From Parasitella parasitica NRRL 2501 (lineage: Eukaryota > Fungi > Mucoromycota): a stretch of DNA of 64,000 nt. Made by a program: the position numbers and the translations under genes. Shown here piece by piece: positions 1 to 13,449 of this stretch. Positions within the stretch are counted from its first letter, which is position 1. Each line of letters opens with the position of its first letter. The stretch is from the NCBI GenBank assembly GCA_025201805.1, contig MU619250.1:293179-357178 (forward strand), given 5' to 3'. The notes under the pieces are model-generated. The model made no database searches, was not told the DNA's origin, and saw only the letters and a program-made list of their open reading frames with translations.

Positions 1-2776
1 TCTAATTCAACCACCTTTTCACAGCGGCCTTGAAGGTCTCTCATCAACGCCTTCTTCATCATCTCAAAATCAGCCAATTGTTGAGCCATGGTCTTTCTCA
101 TACGTTCGAGATCTCTTTCTTTTTCAGTCATGTCTGATGGCTCTTTCACGGCTTGCTCTGAAAGAGCAGCCTAAAATGCTTGTTAGTTCATACTGTGATT
201 GTTAAGCAAGCATGAGTAAGGCTTTTGTTTACCTGGAGTTTATCATTAGCCGCCTTCAAATCATTCATGGCAGTTGTCAGCTTGGAGTGCTCGGATGCTT
301 TCTTGTCTAGTTCTGATTTGAGCTCTTCAATCTCTCTTTGTTGACTTTCCTTCTTGGAAGCGTATTGATTCTCCAGTTTACCCTAGGTTATTACAAGTTA
401 AGGATGTTGCTCAATGATTAACAGTTGGTTTATCTATTCACCTTCAACGTGGTGATAGTTTCTGCGATATCTTCGTTCTTTTGAACTTGGGCTTCTTCCT
501 CTGCAATTGTCTTGTCCAAAAGCTCCTCGTATTCTTGCTCTAGTGTAGCGAAACGACCTTCCAGATCAGACTTCTTCTTTTCAATGGCCCCCTTTTCTTC
601 GGTCAACAAGTCAATTGTTTTTGTGTGCTGTTCAACCAAGATGCGAGAGTCAGACAGATCACGTCTAAGCGAGACCAACTCTTCTACTGACAAGCCATTT
701 CCATCCAACTCCAATTTGACGAGAGCGTCTCTGATCTGACGCTCTTTTTCGTTCATTTCATTAGTAACATCGAAGCCAGACATGATCTGAGCCATTTTCT
801 CGGCTTTCTTCTTTTCCTTGTCGCTTTGGACAACTTCCTTTTGCGCTAATCTCATCTCTACAAGGCTCTTCTTTAACTCTTCCAGCTCGGAAATCAATTC
901 TTGGTTTGCCTCCTTGAGTGAATCGACAGTAATGGCATTCTCCTTGCTTTCATACGATATTTTTTGCAACTGCAAGCGCAGATTGTTCAGCTCGGAAGTC
1001 ATTACCTGATTTTCTTGTGTGACAGACAGCTCTTGATCTTTGTAATAGTTCATTTCTTCCTTGATGGAGTCCAGCAGCTTTTCGCGGTTGTTCAACTCGG
1101 TTTCCTTTTCTGTAATTTGATCCATCAACTCATTTTCACGGCGAAGGAACTCATCACGCTCATCCTTTTCCAAAACAAGGGCAGGAGTTGCAGGGCGCGA
1201 AAGATCATCGGGCTGTGGACTTCTGAAACCTGAAGGCAAAGATGAAGCAGTTGTGGCAGTAGCAAAATCACCCCTCGTGACTTTATCCATTGTCACCCAT
1301 TTATCTTCAGGCACCGTCATGCCTGATCTCCAAACACTAACTTCACCCTCCAACGCAGTGATGTAAGTTTTGAATGTAACTGTTTCCGTTTTCACCTTCT
1401 TCAAAAGCGCCTTTAGTTCAGCAGGACTAAGATCTGCATTGACCTTGGCCTTGTTCTTGATGGATTTGGCTCTCATACCGAAACGTAGAGTCGACAATGT
1501 CTCAGCCTCATTGTACGACGAGGGAGAGCAGTTGATAATAAGGGTTGTTCGGGAATTGCCACCTAGTGATTCTTGCAAGATACGAGTCAATTTAGAATCT
1601 CGATAAGGAACATGACTTGACTTTAGTTGTTGTTGTTGTTGTTGTTTTGAATGAAACAATTTTAGTTTCAAACTAATCAAATATTTACCACCCAAATGTT
1701 GCCTTACCTTTCCGTCAGTCAAAGAGTTGATGACCATTCCCAGTGCAGTCAGCGATTTGTTGATCTTTTTGGCTTCTTCCAAGGTCTGGCCAGAGGCGCC
1801 AGTTTTGCCTACTTTTTCAGAACCAGCTAGATCGACTAGATACAATTTGCCGCTCTTTGCTGCTCCAGTATCGATGTTCTTTTGAGTGATTGTTATTACA
1901 ACAATCGAGTGACTACGAGAACTCTCGGCGTTCATGTTGGTAGCCGAAACAACACGATTACTGCTGCCATTTCGCATCACTTCGTAAACATCCTCAGAGG
2001 ATCCGACGTAAACCTCTAGCAAACCTTTGACATATACACCATGTGTTTTATCCTCGTGGATGGGCAGATTATCCATGGATGCTGGGAATCAAAGTTTGTT
2101 ATACTCATGTGGATTTTTTTGGTTTCCATAAAGTTATACTTACGATTCAGTAGATCTCTTACTTTTTCCATGTAAATTTCCATATAAGAAACCTTTACCG
2201 TGAATTCCAAGTTGCTTGGAGCAGCCATGATGCTGTCAAAGATTTGACCAATGATACGAGGAATGATACCTCTTGTGTTTTCGTCGTCAATGTCAGCGCC
2301 CTGGTACCCATCAGCTCAAGATCGAAACAAAAGAGAAATCTTTATGCAAATACATACCATCATTGTGAATGTTTTTCCAGAACCAGTTTGGCCGTAAGCA
2401 AATACAGTGCCGTTGTAACCAGCAGTGACATCTGTAATAGGATGAGTAAGTAAATGGGTTGGTAAAAATTTGAATGCCGGAGAGCATTTGTTAAATATGT
2501 ATTACCATCAACAATAGTTTTTATGGAATATTCAAATACATCCTTTTGAGGAGTATTCATACCAAACACTTTATCAAAGGCAAAGCTACCTTGGACATCT
2601 ACGCCCTACAGCAAGTGAGTTAGGACGCAAACATATAGAACCAAATATACAGCACTTGCCTTCATCTGTAGTTGCGTTCCCTCGTCGTCGATTTCAATAA
2701 TAGGAACACCTCCCTCCCTGATTTCAAGGGAGTTTTGAGGCCTAAAACGACACACCACTTTGATGTTGTTTGACAT
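1..2776 (-). CDS. kinA: Kinesin-1 (conventional kinesin) heavy chain, multi-exon; 3' end lies beyond the left edge of the window
   Basis: Start [15 protein letters not shown] at 2776; P-loop [10 protein letters not shown], switch I NAESSRSH, switch [35 protein letters not shown], then a coiled-coil stalk. Confidence 0.95.
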
Positions 2777-2995
2777 GTTTGAAAATAAATATAGAGAAAT
2801 GAAAAGAAGAGAGAATTGTGCAATTTAACGGACCTGAAATTGTTATATGTAATTGTCTAGACAATTGGGACCTGTTTTAGTTGCAACACAAGGAACGCGC
2901 GCCCAACATTGTGTTTTGGTGGAGAATCAGATGTCCTGGCTGTGAGACAATTCCATTTCGTTTCTCGCTTTTTTTTTTTTTATTTTGCTGACAAC

Positions 2996-3544
2996 ATGAA
3001 TTCACAAAATTTGCCATCTTTATTGACTGCGCCGAACAAGACCTTAGCAGCTCCTCCGCCAACGTCGAGGCGATCATCCAGCAATAACAACAGTAGCAAC
3101 AACACATCGGCCAGCAAGGGAAACGCTATCAATTCACCCTCGCCTCGCTCTCCTTCACTAGAACTTTCCGACTCTTTCTCGGTCCTTTCATCCATTTCGC
3201 CCATTGCAACTGCGACCACACACAACGTCGCATCCAAATTTGCCATCAGTTCACATCACAGCGCAAAGTCTCCCACAGAGCAGCATGGCCCTTTCTTTTC
3301 TCCCTCTCAACTGAGTGCAGTCAAGCCCATCTGTTCAAATGCGACTATCAAAGATTGGTCGTTTTTAGCATTAGAAAAATACCCAGCCACTCATAGTTTG
3401 TAAGTTGATTCGTTATAGTACAAAAAGCAAATGCTCAACACAATTTGCTAGACAAGAGGCGTATGACCTGGAAATAAACACATTGGGGCTGTCCATTGAA
3501 CTTGGTTAGACATCTGTTAGGACTGTGCTACATGTTTTATAACT

Positions 3545-3575
<31 letters not shown>

Positions 3576-5726
3576 NNNNNNNNNNNNNNNNNNNNNNNNN
3601 NNNNNNNNNNNNNNNNNNNNNNNNNNNNNNNNNNNNNNNNNNNNNNNNNNNNNNNNNNNNNNNNNNNNNNNNNNNNNNNNNNNNNNNNNNNNNNNNNNNN
3701 NNNNNNNNNNNNNNNNNNNNNNNNNNNNNNNNNNNNNNNNNNNNNNNNNNNNNNNNNNNNNNNNNNNNNNNNNNNNNNNNNNNNNNNNNNNNNNNNNNNN
3801 NNNNNNNNNNNNNNNNNNNNNNNNNNNNNNNNNNNNNNNNNNNNNNNNNNNNNNNNNNNNNNNNNNNNNNNNNNNNNNNNNNNNNNNNNNNNNNNNNNNN
3901 NNNNNNNNNNNNNNNNNNNNNNNNNNNNNNNNNNNNNNNNNNNNNNNNNNNNNNNNNNNNNNNNNNNNNNNNNNNNNNNNNNNNNNNNNNNNNNNNNNNN
4001 NNNNNNNNNNNNNNNNNNNNNNNNNNNNNNNNNNNNNNNNNNNNNNNNNNNNNNNNNNNNNNNNNNNNNNNNNNNNNNNNNNNNNNNNNNNNNNNNNNNN
4101 NNNNNNNNNNNNNNNNNNNNNNNNNNNNNNNNNNNNNNNNNNNNNNNNNNNNNNNNNNNNNNNNNNNNNNNNNNNNNNNNNNNNNNNNNNNNNNNNNNNN
4201 NNNNNNNNNNNNNNNNNNNNNNNNNNNNNNNNNNNNNNNNNNNNNNNNNNNNNNNNNNNNNNNNNNNNNNNNNNNNNNNNNNNNNNNNNNNNNNNNNNNN
4301 NNNNNNNNNNNNNNNNNNNNNNNNNNNNNNNNNNNNNNNNNNNNNNNNNNNNNNNNNNNNNNNNNNNNNNNNNNNNNNNNNNNNNNNNNNNNNNNNNNNN
4401 NNNNNNNNNNNNNNNNNNNNCTTAATGCATTGCACTAGTTGTTTCAAGCGACATTGACGGATGTGATCGTAAAATGCACTTGATTTCGTTCAAGGAGTTA
4501 TTCGAAATATTCAGCAAATCAATCCAGGTTGAAGAACGCATGTTGTTGTTTTACCTGATACTAGTCGAGAATGAATCATTCAGAGTATACGTGTTGTCTA
4601 GAACCGACCAGGAAACAATCGTAAGTTGATCCGTTAATGTACGAAACCCGAGCAGGAGAAATTTTAAACGCCATCTAGTACTTGCCAATATTAAAATTGA
4701 TATATGAATCAATGGAAGGAACCGCAAATTTCTCCCAAATCTACATTTTGATGGTAATTCTGTTGATTCTTAGCCAAGACGACGTGAATAATGAAGCTAT
4801 ACAAAAAATTGTAAGTAGAATTTGTTTATCCTGCCATCCTCAGCAACTGCACAAACTAATCTTTTACATCCAAGGTTGTACACAATGTCACTTGGTTTAC
4901 AGAAAGACCCCTATTAAAATCAGTGTCGCTAGGTGGTTTGATGACGCTGGTACTCATCCGTACTTTGCAGCTAAATTTGTCTCATCAAAAGGATGTGTAT
5001 CTGCATACAAACTGCTTGGCTATCCTGTCAAACATGTCCAACACAATGTCTGATATGCACGCCTATGTTGCTCAAAGAATCATTAGGTAACAAGAAATGG
5101 CTTAATATCTTTCATATCACAGCTTGTAACATATTTTAGCTTATTTGAAATATTAGCGAGACGGTACTCCAAGCTGATTGAAAAGCACTCTGTAGATGTT
5201 GCAGTTTATGAAGACCTTTTGGTTCTCTTGCTAGAAATCATGAGTACTACATTAACGCATCGCTTAAAACATAATTCTCAGTTAGTTTACGCACTTTTAC
5301 AGAAGCGAGAGATTTTCACGCCCTTTCAAAAGCACCCTCGACTATCAGATCTTGTGCAGAACTTGGAACAAGTCATTGTCTATTTCAATACTCGTGTGTC
5401 TGAAGCCAACCTAAAAGCACCTTCCTCAAACGAAGTTTTAAGCTTGATTGAACAAGCTTCCCGAACATGGTCAAATCAAAATTTGATAGTAAGTCTCCAC
5501 CGTTGATGGAGAGGGGGGTTTTTTTTTACTGATTATATCTTAGTTGTTACCATATCTCAAGTTTCAGTACAAAGAAAAACAAGATTCATACGAGTTCTTT
5601 ATACCATATATTTGGGCCTTGGTTCAACGACGAAACTTTATTTACTGGAGTGAGGAAAAAAGCCATGTACTTGAAAATTACCGCCTGATGAACGAAGAAA
5701 TTGAGCTGCAGCAGCCTCCATCTTGA
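2996..5726 (+). CDS. DYM: Dymeclin (Dyggve-Melchior-Clausen protein) homolog, multi-exon, interrupted by the N gap 3576-4420
   Basis: Spliced exons give FRVYVLSRTDQET-YLPILKLIYE, LLILSQDD, LHTNCLAILSNMS, AYVAQRII, LVYALLQKREIF and LKFQYKE..FFIPYIW, typical of the dymeclin C-terminal half; start codon less certain. Confidence 0.8.
3576..4420. other. Assembly gap (N run), preceded by a long poly-T
   Basis: Run of N bases. Confidence 1.
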
Positions 5727-7179
5727 TGAACCTGTCAAATAAAAACAGTGCAACGTATAGTTTATTAGACTTGAAATCCTATTATTATCACTTCATTACT
5801 GGAACCTGGATAATAGAAAAAAAGAATCATCGCCATACTACCAGTTGTTGAACACATGTGTAGTGTCAAATTATACAGCGTCCCCCATGAATATTCATAT
5901 CCCAAAATTTGTAATAACGATTAGGTTTCCAAAAGTGCTATCAATCCTACTCTTACGTTCTGTAATTGTAAACTAAATGTTTCAATGCAGATTTCGCTTG
6001 TCAAAACAGATTTTGTTTTTGTCCCTACAGCATGTATTGTCGCCATGAGGGTATGAAGAATGACTTTCTGAATGAGCTCCACACTTAATACTCTTTCTAA
6101 CCAACCATAGTTCTTGGGACCACGCCAAATTAAGGTATCACTGAAAGATTTGCACTGTTAAACGAGCAGGCAAAGTATTAAAAGTCAGATTTTTTTTTGC
6201 TGATCCTTTCAGGCCTTCCAGAAACCCCTATGACCCCTCATGAAAAATCAACTTTTTACGAAGATCCAATTTTATATCCCAAATACAGCAACCAAGTGGC
6301 CTACCTCTTAGAAGAAAAACTTTAATAAAAGCAATAAAAATCATCACAAAGCTTTCAAAAGAAAATTTCATTATAAAAATATTTAATTAAAGGCGAAAAA
6401 TGAATTTCTAGTTTAATAGTTTTAGTTTGTTATTCTCATAATAAAACTTGTTTTTTGTTTTTACGATTTTGTAGAGCGCAATAAATAGCATATCTTGGAA
6501 ATTTTTGTTTTTTGTTAGTTACTGATAACCTTCTTAAATGATGATAAAAACAAAAATTTGGATCTCGTTTTTGGTATATTTGGCCATTTTGGAAGATAAA
6601 AAATCGAATGTTTTAAAGCCCAGTTTAAGCAGCAATAGTCTTAAAATTGAGGTTTTTTTTTGTTTTTTTTTTGGTAAATATCGACATATGATCCGCAGAT
6701 TATGCACTCATCCTATACCACCTCCTCAGCGATCAACATGCCGTTGTCCAGGCTTACTCTGCTCGGCTATATTTACTTGCGTCATATCTTATACAATTCA
6801 ATATAAATACTCATCTAATCTTTCTCAATAAAACATTCCAGAAATGACCCCGAAGCACAAAAATTTACACATCTGTCATTGTGCTTCACACGATTGCACA
6901 GGCTGAAAAGACTTGGGCACCGTAGATTTATTCTTGCCTTGTCAAATTTTCTCACTCCAGTGAAATTTTTCCCTTTTGATATTGTCACACTAAACTTTAT
7001 TATAAAGTTTTTATTCCTGTTTAATAATGTAAGTTCAAAACCGTAGAAAAAAAATCATGAAAAAAAAAAACAAGACGAAAAAAGAGTGAGGTATTTGATA
7101 CACGGGAAGAAAAAGGACTAAAAGGAAGACTATCTATATGTTACATGGACCGTACATGTTGTTTTTTTTTTTTTGAAGT

Positions 7180-8863
<1,684 letters not shown>

Positions 8864-10482
8864 TTTTTGTTTTGTTTTTTTTTCAGGAAAAAAGAGAAAC
8901 AAGAAGAAGAAAAAAAGAAAAAGGAGAGGATTAGTTAAAATGAAGGGGATTTTATAAAAAGTGTCGAAAAGAGCCCAGTTACACGAGATGTATTAATTCA
9001 GTTACGTTTCATTCCGGGGAAAGGTCAAAAGTATATAACCTGTTGCTGACAAAAGGACATGGATTATGTACAGTTGAAAAATGCTATTTTTTTTGTCTGT
9101 GGCTAGACAAGGGCTTTGACTTTTCTTCTTTTCATCTCGAGAATCAACATGGTCAAGCTTTATGATCGAAATATCACACCGTTATTGTTTCATCCGAAAG
9201 CACCCTTTCGACTCTGATATGGTAATGTATATTTGTTTTTTTTTTAGAGCGGAGACCTGCTAACATTTACAAATCTTATATATCTGCCAGATTTGCTGAA
9301 TTCGACTTTAGAAAGTACAAAGAGATGCAGTGTGGGCAATTGAAAGACCAGCCTGGTAAATAGGCACAGTTTTTTACGTGATCATCGTAGGAAAGATGTG
9401 ATATATACCTCTGTCCGATTTTTCTACAAAGCTAATGGAAAACGATGGAACGCAATCATCTTCTCTGTCGTAAATCAAATTGATAAGCGTGATATATACC
9501 GCCTCTCGTATCACATTCCCTGCTTTTCGAAATATGTTCGAGTGGCTGAAGAAACGCAAAAGCTTCAAAAAGTAGCGAGCAGCTGGACCCTGAAATCCAA
9601 AGAAAAAAAAAGCATCCGAGTACGAACTTGGCCACATTCAACCGATCATATTGCAATGCATTCAGACTTGTGCGTATTGCTTTGCTCGCTGAAAATTACA
9701 ACCTACTGTATATTCTCCAAGAGAACATGCCTCCCAGCTTGAAGGACGGTACTTGATATAGAGTTGGTTCAAGGAAAGAAGACAGAGCCAAAAAGTCTGA
9801 TATGACTCCATTTGTTCATACCTTTTCTAGATTTTTCTCGAGAGATCATATTATACTTGACTAGAGCCCGTTATTGATATTATATAGAGAATTGTAAACT
9901 ATATCGCACTGATCGATAGTATGCCTAATTCCGATGAAAATGGATTTGCACCTCATCTCTTTTAGCAAAATCAACAAAAGACAATAGGCACCACATCCAA
10001 AAATCAAGCAAACGTTATGCTGACCAAGAGATATCGAATGGACATACAGGATTTGCAAGAAATAATCTTCAAGGTCATCAAAGAAAAAAAAAATGGATAT
10101 AAAGAGCGAGTTTTGACACACAATTATTAGCAAGATAGGATGAATACTAGAGAATATACGCCCTTTATATCATAACGAAGTTTGTTTCCTGCTAAACATG
10201 ATTGGTTCAGTAGTTTTATGCAAAAAAAAAAAAAAAAAAACTGATGATAGAAAAAGAAAACTCTTTCTTTCCTTTCCCCCCCTCTCTCTCTCTCTGACAT
10301 CTATTACGCTATATATATATTTTCTTTTCTTGGAATATCCCTGCTTATATCATAAAATATATACAACTTTAGATCATTTAAAACGCAACGCACAATACCA
10401 TCATATATAAATTCAAGGTAGTATGAAATCGATTAAAAGCACCCGTCGCGTACAGCATCAAACTGATCCATGCTATAGAACC

Positions 10483-12597
10483 ATGGAATTATGCACTCAT
10501 CAAGTACAGTATAACGGTTTATGCGCCGTATGCGGTTCATTAATAGAAATGTAAGCCAAAAATCAAATCGAGTGTGGAGCTGATGGTATGACTATAGAGA
10601 CTCGGATGATCCGTCTGGAGCAGCCATTGGCAACAGCAATGTTCGTATGGGATATGACATGGTTGGACTGACAGTAAGCCGTGAAGTAAGTTTTGTGTGC
10701 AAAAAAAAAAAAAAAAAAAAATAGGCGCGCAACTGTCAAAACTGATTTGGCCCAACATGTGTATTAGGAGGCAGAGAAATTGGAAGCCGAGAATGCGAGG
10801 AGGCTACTGAAAATTCGGAAATTATCCCTGATTTTGGATTTGGATCAAACAATCGTGCACGCTACTTGGGATAAACGACTGAAGGACGCACAGTTCAAGA
10901 AAGACGATAAAGATATCCGACAATTTACACTGCCAGGTAGCGATGTTGTATATTATATTAAGCTAAGGTACGTATGCAGCGTTGTTTGTAAAGAACATAG
11001 TGTGTACCCAGTTGCTCGACTAGGCCGGGATTGGCAGAGTTTTTAAATCAAGTGGAAGAAATGTACGAATTACATATATATACCATGGGCACAAGGGCTT
11101 ATGCAGAGGCAGTAGCAAAGGAGATTGATCCCAGTGGGTCAATATTCAAAGAAAGGATATTATCCAGAGATGAGAGTGGAAGTGAGTACTTTTGGATATA
11201 TATTGGCTGTTCGCACTAAAGTCGCTCGAACGCGCTTGCAACAGGTATCACACAGAAAAGACTGCAAAGACTATTTCCCTGTGACACTTCCATGGTGGTT
11301 GTACTGGACGATCGATCGGACGTTTGGAGCTTTTCGCCAAACTTGATACGAATAAAACCATGTAAGTTTCCAACTGATTTGCAGTAGGTCTTTTGCTTAT
11401 CAACGAATATAAGACGAGGTTTTTACGGGCACTGATGATATCAACGGCAGCAACCACCAGACGACACAGAAAGTGGCTGGTACGTCCGTCAGTTGACAAA
11501 TTCAGACACATGTGTCTAATATTTCCCCCCCCCCTCCTCCGTTGTAGATCCTTTAAAAAACGATGACGACGATAACGAATTGAGCACGATTCTACAAGTA
11601 AAGTATTGCAAACCTCTCCCCCCAACCCCCAAACCCCAAAGGCCAAGTTATAGAATCGACGGCTAAAATTTGTGTTTGGTTACCTTTGTAGATCCTGACA
11701 ACAGTTCACACGCGTTTTTATTCAATGTCTTCTGACGATAAAGAAGCAGATGTAACCCACATTATACCAAAGATGAAGAAGCAGGTGCTGCAAGGTGTCA
11801 TTATCACATTTTCAGATGTAATATTGAACCCTGATTTGAAAGATCCCACACTATCATGGATATGGCAAATGGCCACCTCATTTGGCGCTACTTGCTCAGT
11901 CGATCTCACAGGTAAAACGACGCATTTGATTGCTATCTCCACCAGCAAAAACAAGGTGCATGCGGCGAGAGAATATGGGCATTGCAAGATTGTTACGCCT
12001 CTCTGGCTGTTGGACAGCACAGCGAGATGGAAGGTCCAGCCAGAAGAACGGTATGAACTCCAAGAATATCACACGCCGTCGCCGAAAACACCCACGGAAG
12101 ACCAAGAGCCGGCCTTGCAGGACGGTCAAGAAGAACAAGAAGAAGAATTAGTAGAAAATATCAATTGGGACGATGCAAATAGAGAAGTAGAAGATTTCAT
12201 CAATGAGAGCGGAATCGATGATATTTGGGGTGACACTGATTCAGACACAGTAGACAGGTAATTTCTATATATATATATATAGGGGAAGTGCAATTCTAAA
12301 TTATATTAATTAATGTCTAGTTCGTTGCCATCTTCTCCATTATCTGGATGGAAGCGAAAACGAGACAGTGGCGGAGAAAGTGGCGGAGATGGCTCTGATG
12401 ATGATAATACGTTGTCGTTGAGTAGTGGGAGTATCTTGGCGGTTCGCAGGTTAAAAGCGAAAAGACGAGGTAAATCCCATCTGTTCAAAGTGACGCCGGC
12501 GCCTAGCTCTGTCTGCACCAGTGGAAACACAAGTGATAATGAGGATAGCTCGCTGGAGGATTTTGCTGGTATCCTGGATAAAGCATTAGAATCATAA
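10483..12597 (+). CDS. FCP1: RNA polymerase II CTD phosphatase FCP1, multi-exon
   Basis: CTHQVQYNGLCAVCG; HAD motif LILDLDQTIVHA; YELHIYTMGTRAYA; RILSRDE; BRCT domain (FGATCSVDL..TTHLIA..VTPLWLLDS); acidic tail. Confidence 0.9.
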
Positions 12598-12849
12598 ACA
12601 TAGCAACAATAGCCCTCTTGGCGTCATTGTCCATTTTGAATTAAAAGAAGGATCTTGTACTTCGATAAGCGCGGGAGGAGGGGTGGGGGGGGGGTAAATG
12701 GGAGGCTAAGCGTACATCAATTACCAGCCATTTCCATTTATAATCAGGATAAAACATGTCAAGCATTTGAGATAAAACCCCATCACTAGGAAATTTTATT
12801 TTTCTCTTTTCTTTTCTTCATCAATTTTTGAATACAAAAAAAAAAAACA

Positions 12850-13415
12850 ATGCCGACAAGCGAAGAGAGAGAATCGCTTGTTAATCATCAGCATGACTCT
12901 CAAGGTCGTTTTGACTTGTCTGCGCAACAGCTGAGCGACTTGTTTGACCCAAAGAACGAGGATTTGCTTAAAAAGCTTGGTGGTGTAGATGCCATTTGCA
13001 AAAAGATCCGAGTAGATGTCTCGGTTGGTCTTTCTGCGGACGAAGGTTCTGGTCAGTCTGATCAATCAGCTTTTCAAGATCGCCAAGCTCATTTCGGTAG
13101 AAATACTTTACCTGAGCCCAAGACAAAGACTTTTTTGCAGCTGCTATGGGCTGCCTACAACGATAAAACACTTATCATGTTGAGGTATTTTTTTCTTTTT
13201 TTTTTTTTTTCTCTTTTGCTGGGTGAAATGACGTAGATATTAATCATTGCCATTAACAATAACAACAACATGCATACAGCATTGCCTCTTTGGTATCATT
13301 GGCTGTTGGTATTTGGGAAGATTACTCTCCTCGCCATCCTGAAGATGAACCCCGTGTTGGATGGTAACGTATACCAGATGACAAGTACAATGTCTCTTCA
13401 CGTATTAATCAGCTC

Positions 13416-13449
<34 letters not shown>

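Noticed and set aside
3506-4447. 313 aa poly-X ORF
   Set aside because: Artefact of the N gap
6180-6700. Possible MITE in the AT-rich spacer
   Set aside because: No terminal inverted repeat or TSD could be located
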